Origin: Eledone cirrhosa
Lineage: Eukaryota
DNA length: 64,000 nucleotides
Direction: 5' to 3'
Assembly (NCBI GenBank): GCA_964016885.1
Contig: OZ024751.1
Coordinates: 31,310,001-31,374,000 of the forward strand
Shown here: one piece after another, positions 14,218 through 28,329 of the stretch
How the letters are laid out: the number at the start of each line of letters is the position of its first letter
How positions within the stretch are numbered: the stretch's first letter is position 1
Translations under genes and position numbers: made by a program
Notes under the pieces: generated by a model
What the model was told of the DNA's origin: nothing
Seen by the model: only the letters and a program-made list of their open reading frames with translations
The model's database searches: none

Positions 14218-15432
14218 ATCATCATCATCATCATCATCACCGTTTTACGTCCGTTCTTCCACGCTAGCATGGGTTAGACGGGTTGTCCTGTTGTGGGCAG
14301 TGTCTGGTCGGCTGACCATGCCTTGCTCATACAGGAACTGATCTGGCTTGATTTCTACAGCTGGATGCCCTTCCTAACACCAACCTCATTTACAGTGAGT
14401 GCTGGGTGCTTTTTCGTGGCGCCTACACGTCCACTTTACAGTGTGGGCTGGGTGCTTTTTTGCCGTGGCACCTCCACGACCACCTTGCGGTGGGGGGGGG
14501 GGGGGGGATTATTGTTTATATGCTTCAGCATGTACCCGTGGGAGGTCGGGTACCCTGTATTACTGCGTGACGCCAGAAGTCACGGTCGTGTGTCATTGAC
14601 TTTGAGAGGTGTAGTTGGGTAAGGTCGGCTTTTATCACCTCATCCCAAGTCATCTTGGGTCTCCCCACTCCGCGGTTTCCATCAACTTCTAGTGCTCTGC
14701 ACCTTTTTATGCAGCTGTCATCCTTCATACGCATCACATGTCCATACCAGCGTAACCGCCTCTCCTGCACGCAGCATTTGATTCCTCTTATGCTCAGTCT
14801 CTCTCTCAATTCATTTATGCTTTGTCGTTCACGTATATTACTGTTACACATCCATCGGAGCATGCAGGCTTCGTTTCTCTCTAATCTACGTAAGTCTTCC
14901 ACCTTCAGCGCCCAGGTCTCACTACCATGCAACATCGCTGTTCGGATACACGCATCATACAGTCTGCCTTTCATTCTGAGGGAGAAGCCTTTTGCAGCTA
15001 GCAGTGGTAGTAGTTCCCTAAACTTCTTCCATCCCGTTCTTACCCTAGTTATTGTACTTTCTGAGCACCCACCTCCGTTGCTAATTCGGTCACCTAGGTA
15101 GCAGAAGCTGTCTACTGTTTCTACAGGGCCCTCCCAGAGATTGGTGGTACTTGTTTCCTGTGGCTGTTTGCTTGCTGTTTCAGCACAGCTGCTGCATGTG
15201 AATCCTACATTCTTAATTAAGCTTCCTGAGATCCCGCTACATCTCTTGTGTACCCATTGTTTGCATTTGGGGCAGAGAATGGAGTTCCTACCTACACCTT
15301 TCCTACATACTGAGCAAGGCCATTTCCCTGAGGGGATCTGGGTTCTGTTTTCTCGTCTACTTATAAGGACCTTAGTCTTTGTCATGTTGACTTTGAGGCC
15401 CTTTCTCTCTAGTCCCTGCTTCCAGGTTTGGA
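14218..15432 (-). mobile_element. 5'-truncated RTE/RTE-X-like LINE (RT C-terminal region plus 3' UTR)
   Basis: ORF 14525-15385: KTKVL, Cys-rich WPCSVC..CPKCKQWVHKRC..CSSC, FCYLG, LHGSETW, RLRWYGHVMRM, GRPKMTW; (GAT)n tail. Confidence 0.95.
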
Positions 15433-15485
15433 ATTATATATATATATATATATATATATAATGTATATATATATATATATATATA

Positions 15486-15555
<70 letters not shown>

Positions 15556-15562
<7 letters not shown>

Positions 15563-15931
15563 TACAAATATTAATAAAATAGATGTTCTTTTGATCAATT
15601 ACATTTTATTATACATATTTCGGATGTACAACAGTACGTCCTCATCAGACAAAATATAATGATACATGACATACCCTGAGATGTTAAATGGTTAATCACT
15701 ACCTTGATTAAATCTTAACCATTTAACATCTCAGGGTATGTCATGTATCATTATATTTTGTCTGATGAGGACGTACTGTTGTACATCCGAAATATGTATA
15801 ATAAAATGTAATTGATCAAAAGAATATTTGTATTTTAATATTAATAACTCTGGAAAACATGTTCCTGTAGAGTGCTTCCAATCTACTGTAAAACTCATTC
15901 TTTGATGTACTCATTGAATCTTGTTTAACTC

Positions 15932-15935
<4 letters not shown>
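15556..15935. mobile_element. Fold-back element, family C-related
   Basis: Perfect inverted arms ~15586-15695 and ~15715-15824 between (TA)n tracts. Confidence 0.85.
15752..15810 (+). ncRNA. Minimal type I hammerhead ribozyme (identical antisense copy at 15600-15658)
   Basis: Stem I tatattttgt/ataaaatgta; CUGAUGA 15762-15768; stem II ggacgtac-tgtt-gtacatcc; GAAA; U-AUGU-A stem III; AUA, predicted cut after 15800. Confidence 0.88.
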
Positions 15936-15987
<52 letters not shown>

Positions 15988-16200
15988 TTATATAATTTAT
16001 ATATATACACACACACATATATATATGTATGTATATTATTTATATACACATATATATATATAAATATAAAACCAGAAACAGTCCTATATGAGCAAGACAC
16101 TGTCACCCGACCCAACTTGTCTCTAAACCATGGTACCATAGAAAATAGACATTAAATGATGATGATGATGATGATGATATGATGATGATATCTGTGTGTA

Positions 16201-16231
<31 letters not shown>

Positions 16232-16370
16232 ATAAGTATCTATGTGTATAATGGTGTATACAGCATAACACATATGCACAAAAATACACTGGTGCAGATG
16301 AGGGATGGAAAGGCGAAAAGTGAGAAATAGAGGTAGAAGGAAGAAAAACTTACAACAGGTGATAAATTCA

Positions 16371-16464
<94 letters not shown>

Positions 16465-16468
16465 AATA

Positions 16469-16522
<54 letters not shown>

Positions 16523-16526
16523 AATA

Positions 16527-16574
<48 letters not shown>

Positions 16575-16585
16575 AATACTGTGTA

Positions 16586-16660
<75 letters not shown>

Positions 16661-16667
16661 AATACTG

Positions 16668-16706
<39 letters not shown>

Positions 16707-16715
16707 GAATAATAC

Positions 16716-16755
<40 letters not shown>

Positions 16756-17280
16756 ATACTGTTAATGTCAAATGGCTGTTGTGGGACTTGTTACTCAGGA
16801 GTTTCACATGCTGTACAGTTGCAGGATCATCAGATATATACAATATATATTATATTATAATAAATTATACTGTATTATACACACACACACACACACACAT
16901 ACACAGGGTGTTATCAGTTATGGGAAGTGGGGGACATACTTAATAGTCTGATCTGCATAACAAAGAGTTACTAACTATAGATAAGAAATTGAACAAATAT
17001 CTACATATATACACACACACATATATATACATGTATACATATATATACATACACATATATACACATATATATACATGTATATATATATATATACATACAT
17101 ATATATACACATATATATACATGTATACATATATATATGCATACATATATATACATGTATACATATATATACATGTATACATATATATATATATACATAG
17201 ATATATATACACATATATATACATGTATACATCTATACATACATATATATATATACACATATATATATACATGTATACAT

Positions 17281-17728
17281 AAAAGAACTGAAGACGGGAG
17301 AGATACGCAGTGATCTACATGTGGAAAATCCTGGAGGGACTAGCACCACACTTTGGCATTGGGAGCTGGACCAACCGTCGAACAGGACGTCACTGTGTGG
17401 TGCCAAAGGTTCTGTCTTCCACATCTAGAATAAGGAGCAGATATTGCAATAGCCTGGGGTTCAAGGGCCCTCAACTCTTCAACAAGATGCCGAGGGATCT
17501 GCGAGACTTGCATGATGTGGAGGTGGATGTCTTCAAGAAACATCTTGACACCTTGCTATCCAGGATCCCGGATGAGCCCACAGCAAGGCACGAGGGAAAC
17601 CTAATGGCAGCAGCAACAAACTCCCTCCTACACCAGTGGCCAACCAATACAGGCTGGAGATAAAATGTGTATCAACAAGCGCGGTGCCCCAGCATGGCCT
17701 CAGCTGGATGGCTGGAACAAGTAAAAGA
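17281..17728 (+). mobile_element. 3' end of a CR1/L2-group LINE
   Basis: [16 protein letters not shown]...GPQLFNKMPRDLR...FKKHLDTLLSRIPDEP...NSLLHQ, then a short 3' UTR. Confidence 0.85.
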
Positions 17729-17744
17729 GATACATATATACATA

Positions 17745-17874
17745 CTGGAAGAGGAAGACCAAGGTTAACGTATGTTGATGCCCTAAGGACAGACACTGGT
17801 CTGTTGGAGATGCAGCACATGGCAGCGATAATGAGGGACAGAGACCACTGGAGAGAACTCGTCCATGGATCTCG
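17745..17874 (+). mobile_element. RTE-type LINE C-terminal fragment (separate family)
   Basis: GRGRPRLTYVDALRTDTG...MRDRDHWR. Confidence 0.75.
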
Positions 17875-18190
17875 GTTAGAGCATTGGCCTTGCAATCAAA
17901 AGGTTGTGAGTTCAATTCTCAGACCGGGTGATGTGTTGTTTCTTTGACACTTTATTTCACATTGCTCCAGTTTACTCAGCTATAGAAATGAGATGATAGG
18001 GACTGGGGTCCATATCATTCCACTGCAAAGTGGTCGTGGAGGTGCCATGGCAAAGAAGCACTCAGCACTCACTGTAAATGAGGTTGGTGTTAGGAAGGGC
18101 ATCCAGCTGTAGAAATCAAGCCAGAATCAGTTCCTGTCCCACCCTTGCAGGGAAAAAGCGGACGTAAAATGAAATGATGATGACGATGAT
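17872..18190 (+). mobile_element. tRNA-headed SINE with RTE-derived tail (5'-clipped)
   Basis: B-box gagttcaattc; core gacactttatttcacattgctccag; tail ggaagggcatccagctgtag...(GAT)n. Confidence 0.88.
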
Positions 18191-18222
18191 ATATATATAT
18201 ATAAGTATATATACATATATAC

Positions 18223-18253
<31 letters not shown>

Positions 18254-18284
18254 CAGATATATATATACATATATATATATAAGC

Positions 18285-18315
<31 letters not shown>

Positions 18316-18417
18316 TACATATATATATACATATATATATATATACATATACATATATATACATATATATATATATACATATACATATGTATATATACAT
18401 ATACATATATATACATA

Positions 18418-19027
18418 CTTCGTCTGCCGCCGTCAGCAGGTTTGCTCTCAGGAATTCCCACTGTTCCTCTATATTATACGACTCTAATTGCTCTTCCTTA
18501 CTGTCGAAAGCGTCAAGTAATATGCTTTGAAGTAAAAACCTACTACAGTCACTAGGCATCTCTATCAAAACACCCCCCATCCCACCACCTCCACCCCATC
18601 CACACCGCCCCTTTCGATGTACAGTTATGTTGGTCCCACAACATCCAGGCGAAACAAATGAGATCGTGTAGGTGTCACGACAAAAAAAACACAGTCCACG
18701 CTGTAAATGTGGCCGTGTAGGCAACACGGTAAAAACCTCCCAGCCCCACACTTGTAAATGTGGTTGGTGTTAGGAAGGGCATCCAGCTGTAGAAAACCCG
18801 CCAGACAGTCCACGCTGTAATGTGGCCGTGTAGGCAACACGGTAAAAACCTCCCAGCCCCACACTGTAAATGTGGTTGGTGTTAGGAAGGGCATCCAGCT
18901 GTAGAAAACCCGCCAGACAGTCCTATGCGAGCAAGACAACCACTCTTGCCTCAAGTGGGAAAACCCCGTCCAAACCCAGGCAAGCGTGGAACACGGACGC
19001 TAAACCTGATGATGATGATGATGATGA
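18418..19027 (+). mobile_element. RTE 3' UTR with inverted internal ORF fragment and internal duplication
   Basis: 18418-18530 minus encodes [24 protein letters not shown]; 18530-19027 is plus-strand 3' UTR with a ~120-bp tandem duplication. Confidence 0.75.
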
Positions 19028-19048
19028 CATATACATATATATATATAT

Positions 19049-19398
19049 ATCATCATCATCATCATCATTTCATTTTACGTCCCCTTTTTCCCTGCTTGCA
19101 AGGGTGGGACGGGAACTGATTCTGGCTTGATTTCTACAGCTGGATGCCCTTCCTAACACCAACCTCATTTACAGTGAGTGCTGGGTGCTTTTTTGCCGTG
19201 GCACCTCCACGACCACTTTGCAGTGGAATGATAGGGACCCCAGTCCCTATCATCTCATTTCTACAGCTGAGTAAACTGGAGCAATGTGAAATAAAGTGTC
19301 TTGCTCAAGGAAACAACACATCACCCGGTCTGAGAATTGAACTCACAACCTTTCGATTGCAAGGCCAATGCTCTAACCACTAAGCCATGTGCCTCCAT
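19049..19398 (-). mobile_element. Full-length tRNA-headed SINE with RTE tail
   Basis: Head ggaggcacatggcttagtggttagagc (A-box), gagttcaattc (B-box), core ccttgagcaagacactttatttcac, (GAT)n tail. Confidence 0.92.
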
Positions 19399-20350
<952 letters not shown>

Positions 20351-20799
20351 ATGGTGGCTGCCAACTCGTTTTCGAGTACGGCCACTACTTTATATCCATG
20401 TAGGAGAACCCTACCGATGCGGCTGAACGAGTGTGACTTTTAGTCCAGCCAGCGACTTGAAAACTCTGGTACAAACACTACACTTGTGACCATTATTGAC
20501 ACATAGTGCTGGGCTCATGGTACCATGTGACGACAAGTGCAGAGAGATCTCCAGATATAAAGCAATGCCTGTGCCGTGAAGCTTTTATAGTGAGCAAAGG
20601 CACTGCACAAAGCCAGTCCCACTCTCTTAACCAAGATGATATTTACCAAAAAGAAGACAAGTCAACATCATTGGATACCATCAGGGTTGCAGGTGTTATA
20701 TCAGAGTTTTCCTTCTCCTAGAATTCTGCCTTGACAAAGGCTAAGGGGTCATCTCTCCCGGAGATTTTGGATGGCCATTGACTCTTAAGAGCTCCTTGG
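20351..20799 (-). mobile_element. Non-autonomous RTE(BovB-like)-derived element, 5'-truncated copy
   Basis: Reverse complement of ~21800-22251 with few differences. Confidence 0.8.
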
Positions 20800-21350
20800 C
20801 ATACATACATATATACATACATACATATGAATACATACATATATACATATATATACATACATATAAACATATATATATACATATATATACATACATATAT
20901 ACATATACATAATATATGTATATTATATATATAGGTGTATATATATATATATATACATATATACATATATACATATAGTACTTATACAATCACATACATC
21001 CACACATTACTATCAATAACATGGGTCAGTGTTGATTGTATAACAGTGTGTGTGTGTGTATTAACATTGTATATGTGTGTGTGTGTAAGTATACGTGTGT
21101 GTGTGTGGATAAATGGAGCTAGATGTCATGGTTGAATAGTTGACACCAACTGTGAAAATAAGTGGAATTCTTCAGAGTTGTTAGTTGATCTTCCTCCTTC
21201 TTAATGAAAGGGAGTAGCATGAGGAGAAGGTAGAGGTAGAGACAGATAGGTAAACAGACGGACAGACGGACAGACTGATCATGTAACTGATATTCTTAGC
21301 AACAAATGGAAATGACCTTCGGAATAAAACAACTTAATGAGAGCAACATG

Positions 21351-21414
<64 letters not shown>

Positions 21415-21522
21415 TATATGTATATATACATATATATATATACATATATATACATATATATATATATACATACATATATATATATATTCATCATATATAT
21501 ATATATTCATATATATATATAC

Positions 21523-21599
<77 letters not shown>

Positions 21600-21697
21600 A
21601 ATATATATATACCATATATATATAGATATATACATATATATATATATACATATATACACAGATATATACACATATATATATATATACATATATATAT

Positions 21698-22249
21698 GTC
21701 GGGTCGTAGGCAACTAAACTGCAATCCCACCAAGGTTTCTGGTGAGGAGGGTGACTTTGGACATCCTGCAGGACTAAAAATAAAACCTGTCAAAGAGCAA
21801 AGGAGCTCTTAAGAGTCAATGGCCATCCAAAATCACCGGGAGAGATGACCCCTTAGCCATTGTCAAGGCAGAATTCTAGGAGAAGGAAAACTCTGATATA
21901 ACACCTGCAACTCTGATGGTATCCAATGATGTTGACTTGTTCTTCTTTTTGGTAAATATCATCTTGTTAAGAGAGTGGGACTGGCTTTGTGCAGTGCCTT
22001 TGCTCACTATAAAAGCTTCATTCACGGCACTGGCATTGCTTTATATCTGGAGATCTCTCTGCACTTGTCATCACATGGTACCATGGGCCCAGCACTATGT
22101 GTCAATAATTGTCACAAGTGTAGTGTTTGTACCAGAGTTTTCAAGTCGCTGGCTGGACTAAAAAGTGACACTCGTTCAGCGCATCGGTAGGGGTTCTCCT
22201 ACATGGATATAAAGTAGTGGCCGTACTCGAAAACGAGTTGGTAGCCACC

Positions 22250-22251
<2 letters not shown>
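21698..22251 (+). mobile_element. Non-autonomous bipartite RTE-derived element (~550 bp)
   Basis: 5' UTR-like ctaggagaaggaaaactctga motif; C2H2-finger remnant CSVCTRVFKSLAGLKS(H/D)TRSAH; terminal hairpin actcg-aaaa-cgagt. Confidence 0.65.
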
Positions 22252-22288
<37 letters not shown>

Positions 22289-22308
22289 ATATATATACAT
22301 ATATATAT

Positions 22309-22368
<60 letters not shown>

Positions 22369-22465
22369 GCAAGCAGGGAAAAGCGGATGTAAAAATTATG
22401 ATGATGATGATGATGATTGCTATATAAATGGAGCTGAAAATGCAATTGCAGCCTTTAAGAACTTC

Positions 22466-22507
22466 TAACTTTACCGGTTTCACAAGTTTCATGATTTTCA
22501 AAAGTTA
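22466..22507 (-). ncRNA. Minimal type I hammerhead with U3-A8 core, inside fold-back 22466-22610
   Basis: Minus strand: taactt-UUGAAAA-tcatgaaacttgt-GAAA-ccgg-UA-aagtta; stem I is a perfect 6 bp; decayed plus-strand copy at ~22568-22608. Confidence 0.6.
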
Positions 22508-22676
22508 AGAGAGATGTGTGGTTATGTCATCACATGAGTTACACAACGCATAACCACACACCTCTCTTAACCTTTGAAATCAGGAAACTTGTGAAACCAG
22601 TAAAATTATTTTTTATTGTAAATAAACCTTAAAAACTCCACTTACATTTTCACTTCTTTTTCCTATATATATATAT

Positions 22677-23039
<363 letters not shown>

Positions 23040-23099
23040 TATAATATATAAATATATATATATATTATATATATAATATATATATATATATTATATATT

Positions 23100-23145
<46 letters not shown>

Positions 23146-23220
23146 ATTATATATATTATATATATATAATATATATATATATATTATATATTATATATAT
23201 ATAATATATATATATATATT

Positions 23221-23266
<46 letters not shown>

Positions 23267-23291
23267 ATTATATATATATTATATATATATT

Positions 23292-23337
<46 letters not shown>

Positions 23338-23380
23338 AATATATATATATATATATTATATATATATAATATATATATAT

Positions 23381-23412
<32 letters not shown>

Positions 23413-23820
23413 AATATATATATATATATATTATATATATATAATATATATATATATATTATATATATATACATCATCATCATTTAACCTCCATTTTCCA
23501 CGCTACCATGGGTTCTATATATATCATCATCATCATCATTTTACATCCCCTTTTCCCTACACACAAACATGCACAGACACACACGCATATATATACTTTT
23601 TTATATACTCACACATTCTCATTGACAGGCAGTGTGTCATTGAATGTCCAATTCAATTTCTGGTAAATTGTTAAGACTGGAATGTTTTGATACAAAAATG
23701 GAGGAAAAAGGAAGTGATTGGTTCTTTATGTTGTGTACTGAATGACACTAAATCACCGTCTCAATGGTGCTGGTGTCAAACTATTACGTATTTGTGTGTG
23801 TGTGTATATTTATATATACA

Positions 23821-23861
<41 letters not shown>

Positions 23862-24041
23862 CAGTATATATATATATTATATACAGTATATGTATATATA
23901 TATACAGTATATGTATATATATGTATATATATATATATTTATATTTGTATATATATATATATACATATGTATATAAATTCTACAATAGAAGCTACTAATT
24001 CGAGCAGTCTTGCTAACTGAGCCACTAGGACACATACATAC

Positions 24042-24087
<46 letters not shown>

Positions 24088-24156
24088 ATGTGTCCTAGTG
24101 GCTCAGTATTTGTATATATATATATATATATATATAAATATATATAAATACATATA

Positions 24157-24939
24157 TCATCATCATCATCATCATCATCAACGTTTAACGTCCGTGTTCC
24201 ACGCTTGCATGGGTTTGGACGGGGGTAGTCCCACTTGAGGCAAGAGTGATTGTCTTGCTCGCATAGGACTGTCTGGCAGGTTTTCTACAGTTGGATGCCC
24301 TTCCTAACACCAACCACATTTACAGTGTGGGTCTGGGAGGTTTTTACCGTGTTGCCTACACGGCCACATTACAGCGTGGACTGTGTGTTTTTTTGTCGTG
24401 ACACCTACACGATCTCATTTGTTTCGGCCTCGATGGCGCGGCACCAACATAACTTTACATAGAACGGGGTGGTGTGGATCGGGTGGGGGTGGTGGTGGTG
24501 GGACGGGGTGTATTTTGTTAGAGATGCCTACTGGCTGGAGTAGGTTTTACTATATATTTAGGTAAGGCGGGTCTTCTCTGTTACTGAGTACCGCCAAAGG
24601 TCTCGGTCCAGTGACATTGTCTTGGAGAGGTGTAAGTGTGTGATGTCGGAGTTTATCAGCTCGTCCCAGGTTTTTCTAGGTCTGCCTATTCCGTGACTAC
24701 CGTCTATCTTTATTGCCCTGCACTTTGTTATACAGCTATCGACTTTCATGCGCATCACGTGTCCATACCAACGTAGCCTTCTCACGAGTAAACAACATCT
24801 GATCCCTCTTATCTCTAATTTTTTCCTTAGTTCGTTCATGCTTTGCCGTTCACGTATATTACTGTTACACATCCAGCGGAGCATGCAAGCTTCGTTCCTC
24901 TCTAGTCTGCGTATATCCTCTGCACACAATGCCCAGGTC
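24157..24939 (-). mobile_element. 5'-truncated RTE-type LINE
   Basis: TWALCAEDIRRLERNEACMLRWMC...RLRWYGHVMRM...; (GAT)n tail. Confidence 0.92.
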
Positions 24940-24959
24940 ATATATATATATATATATAA

Positions 24960-25004
<45 letters not shown>

Positions 25005-25300
25005 ATCATAATCATCAATGTTTAATGTATATGTTTCAATGCTAATGTGGGGTCGACAAGTTCTTCCATTGTGGGACAAGCCAAATTGGATGACCGTGTC
25101 TTGCTCATACAGAACTGATTTTGGCTTGATTTCTATGGCTGGATACCCTTCCAAATGTCAACCACATTTACAGTATGTAGTGGGTGCTTTTTGTCGCAAC
25201 ACCTACATGACCACTTTACAGTGTGTACTTGGTGCTTTTTGTTATGACACCTATATGACCACATTACATTGTGGGTTGAGCACTTTTTGTCGTGACACAA

Positions 25301-25676
25301 ACTCTCGGGTCCCAAATAATAGGGGGTATGGAATAAGCGTGGGCGGGGTTGGAAAATCGCTATTTTTCTAGGTTGTCTACCTTGATTTTTTTAAAAACCA
25401 GAATTAGTCGTCTAGTTTACATATTCAGACCCCAACCCATCCTATTTATTTTACAACGTATGGAATTTTCTTATCATGTATAATGTTTTTTATTGTCTAA
25501 AGAAAATTAATTGGTGCAGGAATGCTACCATTCCACTTAAAATAAAATTTCACCAGAGATATATTAGCAAAATTTAATAAGCAGGGGGGGGGGGCTTGGA
25601 ACAAAAGCAGGGAGGTTGGAAAAAATATGAAAAATTAATAAGTGGGGGAGGGGGCGATTATTCGAGACCCAAGAGT
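25301..25676. mobile_element. MITE (Tc1/mariner-pogo-like) inserted in an RTE-tail repeat
   Basis: Terminal inverted repeats actctcgggtcccaaataat / attattcgagacccaagagt; splits host motif cgtgacacc-TA-cacgaccactttacag. Confidence 0.75.
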
Positions 25677-26025
25677 ACACGACCACTTTACAGTGTATGT
25701 GTGTGTGTATATATATATATATATGCATGTATACATGATCATTATCATTCAACGTCTATTTTTCCATGCTTACATGGGTTAAACAGATCGTCCACATTAT
25801 GAGAACATGTCTGGGCAGATGGCCACACCTTACCTTGTTCAAATGGAACTGTATTTTGGCTGGGATTTCTTACAGCTGAATGCCCTTCCTAACACCAACC
25901 ACGTTTATATATATATATATATATATTCTTCTTCTTTAGAGATGTAAGTTGGTGTTAATAACATTCCCAAAATAAAAACTATCTCATATATGTTAAAAAT
26001 TTACTTTGGAGGGTTTTCTTCTTTG

Positions 26026-26340
26026 TTAGAAATATGTTAAAGAAACAGTTAAATTGTTTGGATCTCTCTAACAACCATCCACTATAGATTTTATGTAAGA
26101 AGCTTTGTTAAGTTATGTTCCAAACACCATCAGTGACTTTCATTAGAAATATGGTAACAAAAAGGTTAAATTGTTTGGATCTCTCTAATAACCATCCACC
26201 ATAGACTTTATGTAAGAACCTTTGTTAAGTTATGTTCCAAACACCATCAGTGCCTTTCATTAGAAATATGGTAACAAAAAGGTTGAAGTGTTAAGATTTC
26301 TCTAATAACCTTCCACCATAGATTTTATGTAAGAACCTTA
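26026..26340. repeat. 117-bp tandem repeat (~2.7 copies) related to a possible piggyBac-like terminus
   Basis: Period 117; reversed similarity to ~58848-59015, which begins TTAACCCTTT. Confidence 0.6.
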
Positions 26341-26404
26341 GGTGGTGGTGGTGGTGGTGGTGGTGGCAGTGGTGGTGGTAGTTATGGTGGTGATGGGGTG
26401 GTTA

Positions 26405-26468
<64 letters not shown>

Positions 26469-26522
26469 GGTGGTGGTGGTGGTGGTGGTGGTGGTGGTGG
26501 TGGTGGTGGTGGTGGTGGTAGC

Positions 26523-26586
<64 letters not shown>

Positions 26587-26615
26587 TTGGTGGTAGTAGT
26601 AGTAATAGTAGTAGT
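26341..26615. repeat. (GGT)n/(AGT)n microsatellite
   Basis: Direct inspection. Confidence 0.95.
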
Positions 26616-27884
26616 ACAATATATATATATATTTTTTAAATGAAACAGCCACAACTACAAGAAGGAAAAGTAAACCATTTGTTTTTCACTCACCAGAAAC
26701 ATAGCACTCAGCCTGGCTGGTTTGTTGTAGTAGTAAAGTAAAGTTTCTTAGAGACAGCCCCAACTACTAGTTAGTTCTTTAGTAAACTAGAAGCTATGAT
26801 TAAATACCAAGCAAGTATTTGTTGACTAATCACCAACAGTTAATTAGTAGTGTCTCCGTTAATCTCTTTCTCTCTTCTTTCTCTTCTTTACACTAATGTC
26901 TAGCAACAGGAACAAGAATTACCATTCTCAAACTTCCTCAACTATTTACTAACGAAACAATACAGTCTTAATAAAACAATTAAATGTGTATGTGTGTGTA
27001 TGTGTGTATCTATGTTTGAATGTATGTATGTGGAGGCATGTATGTGTATGCGTGTATATATGTATAAGAATCTGTGTATGAATGTATGTATGTGTATATA
27101 TATATATATATGTAGGTATCTGTGTATGAATGTATGTATATGTGTATATGTATAGGTATCTATGTATGAATGTATGCATATGTATGTGTGTATTAATGTA
27201 TATGTATCTGTGTATCAATGTATGTATAGGTATCTGTGTATTAATGTTTGTATGTCTGTGTATGTATGAGTGTATATATATGCATATATATCTGTGTATG
27301 TATGTATGTATCAAATTAGTTAAAACAGGTTTTCTGTGTGTATATGTGTGTTGATCAATGTGTCAAAACAGGTTTACTTAGGTGTATGTGTATATATATA
27401 TATATATATATATACCTATGCATATATATATGTGTGGGTGTAAAAATAAAAACAATAACAAAAAAAACATCTTTTCCTCTTCACACATATATATATATGT
27501 ATACCCTTACACACACAGCCATATCTTCTCTATATTATTTATATATACATCCCTCCCTTCCTTCATCCCCCACATAACAAGGGAAAGAATGAGATAGGGA
27601 GAGAGAGGGAGACAGTGAGATGAGGGGAAAGACTAAGAGAGAGAAAGAGGGAGCAGTAAGAGGTGTAGGAGAAGGAAGAAATAGTGAAAAGAGAACAGAG
27701 GAGACAGTATGAAGGAAAGAGAAAGACAGGAGACAGTGAGAGGGGGAGGACTAGTAAGGCAGGTGAGAAGGGGCTAGTGAGGGAGTAAGAAAGGAAAAGA
27801 GTTGGTTACATAAACAAGTTTGAATGTCAGGAAATCTCAGGTGTCATAACAGGTGAAAGGGGTGTTGGGTGTTAAATTACAGGT

Positions 27885-28170
27885 ATTCTACAATAAGGGA
27901 CCACCCCCAAAACCTTTAATTACAGGTATCCCTCCATAAGATCCTTCAATTACAGATATCCCATGATAAGGGACCTCTCCAGATCCTTTAATTCCAAATA
28001 TCCCATTATAAGGGACCACTACCAAATCCTTTAATTCCAGATATCCCGTGATAAGGGACCACTGCCAGATCCTTTAATTCCAGGTATCCCATGATAAGGG
28101 ACCACTGCCAGATTCTTTAATTCCAGATAATCTCACAAAAAAGGGACCACCACCAGCTCCTTTAATTCCA
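27885..28170. repeat. ~43-bp degenerate minisatellite
   Basis: ataagggaccactgccagatcctttaattccaggtatcccatg, ~6 copies. Confidence 0.85.
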
Positions 28171-28329
28171 CTCTGACAATACAACAACAACAAAAGAAGC
28201 AGAGTTGTTAGGACAACAGATTAAAAATAACTGAGTAGTAGTTCCAGCTCACTCTACCTGCTAGAAATAGTAGCCACATCCCTCTCTAATTACACCACAA
28301 CATCTTAAATGAGGAAGAGTAAATTGGAT

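Noticed and set aside
19320-19398. tRNA gene
   Set aside because: A and B boxes are present but there is no acceptor stem; it continues into SINE core and tail.
21710-21790. Twister ribozyme at the 5' end of the RTE-derived element
   Set aside because: Has UAA and GGAGGG-like pieces but lacks the conserved GU...AAGC loop and pseudoknot pairings.
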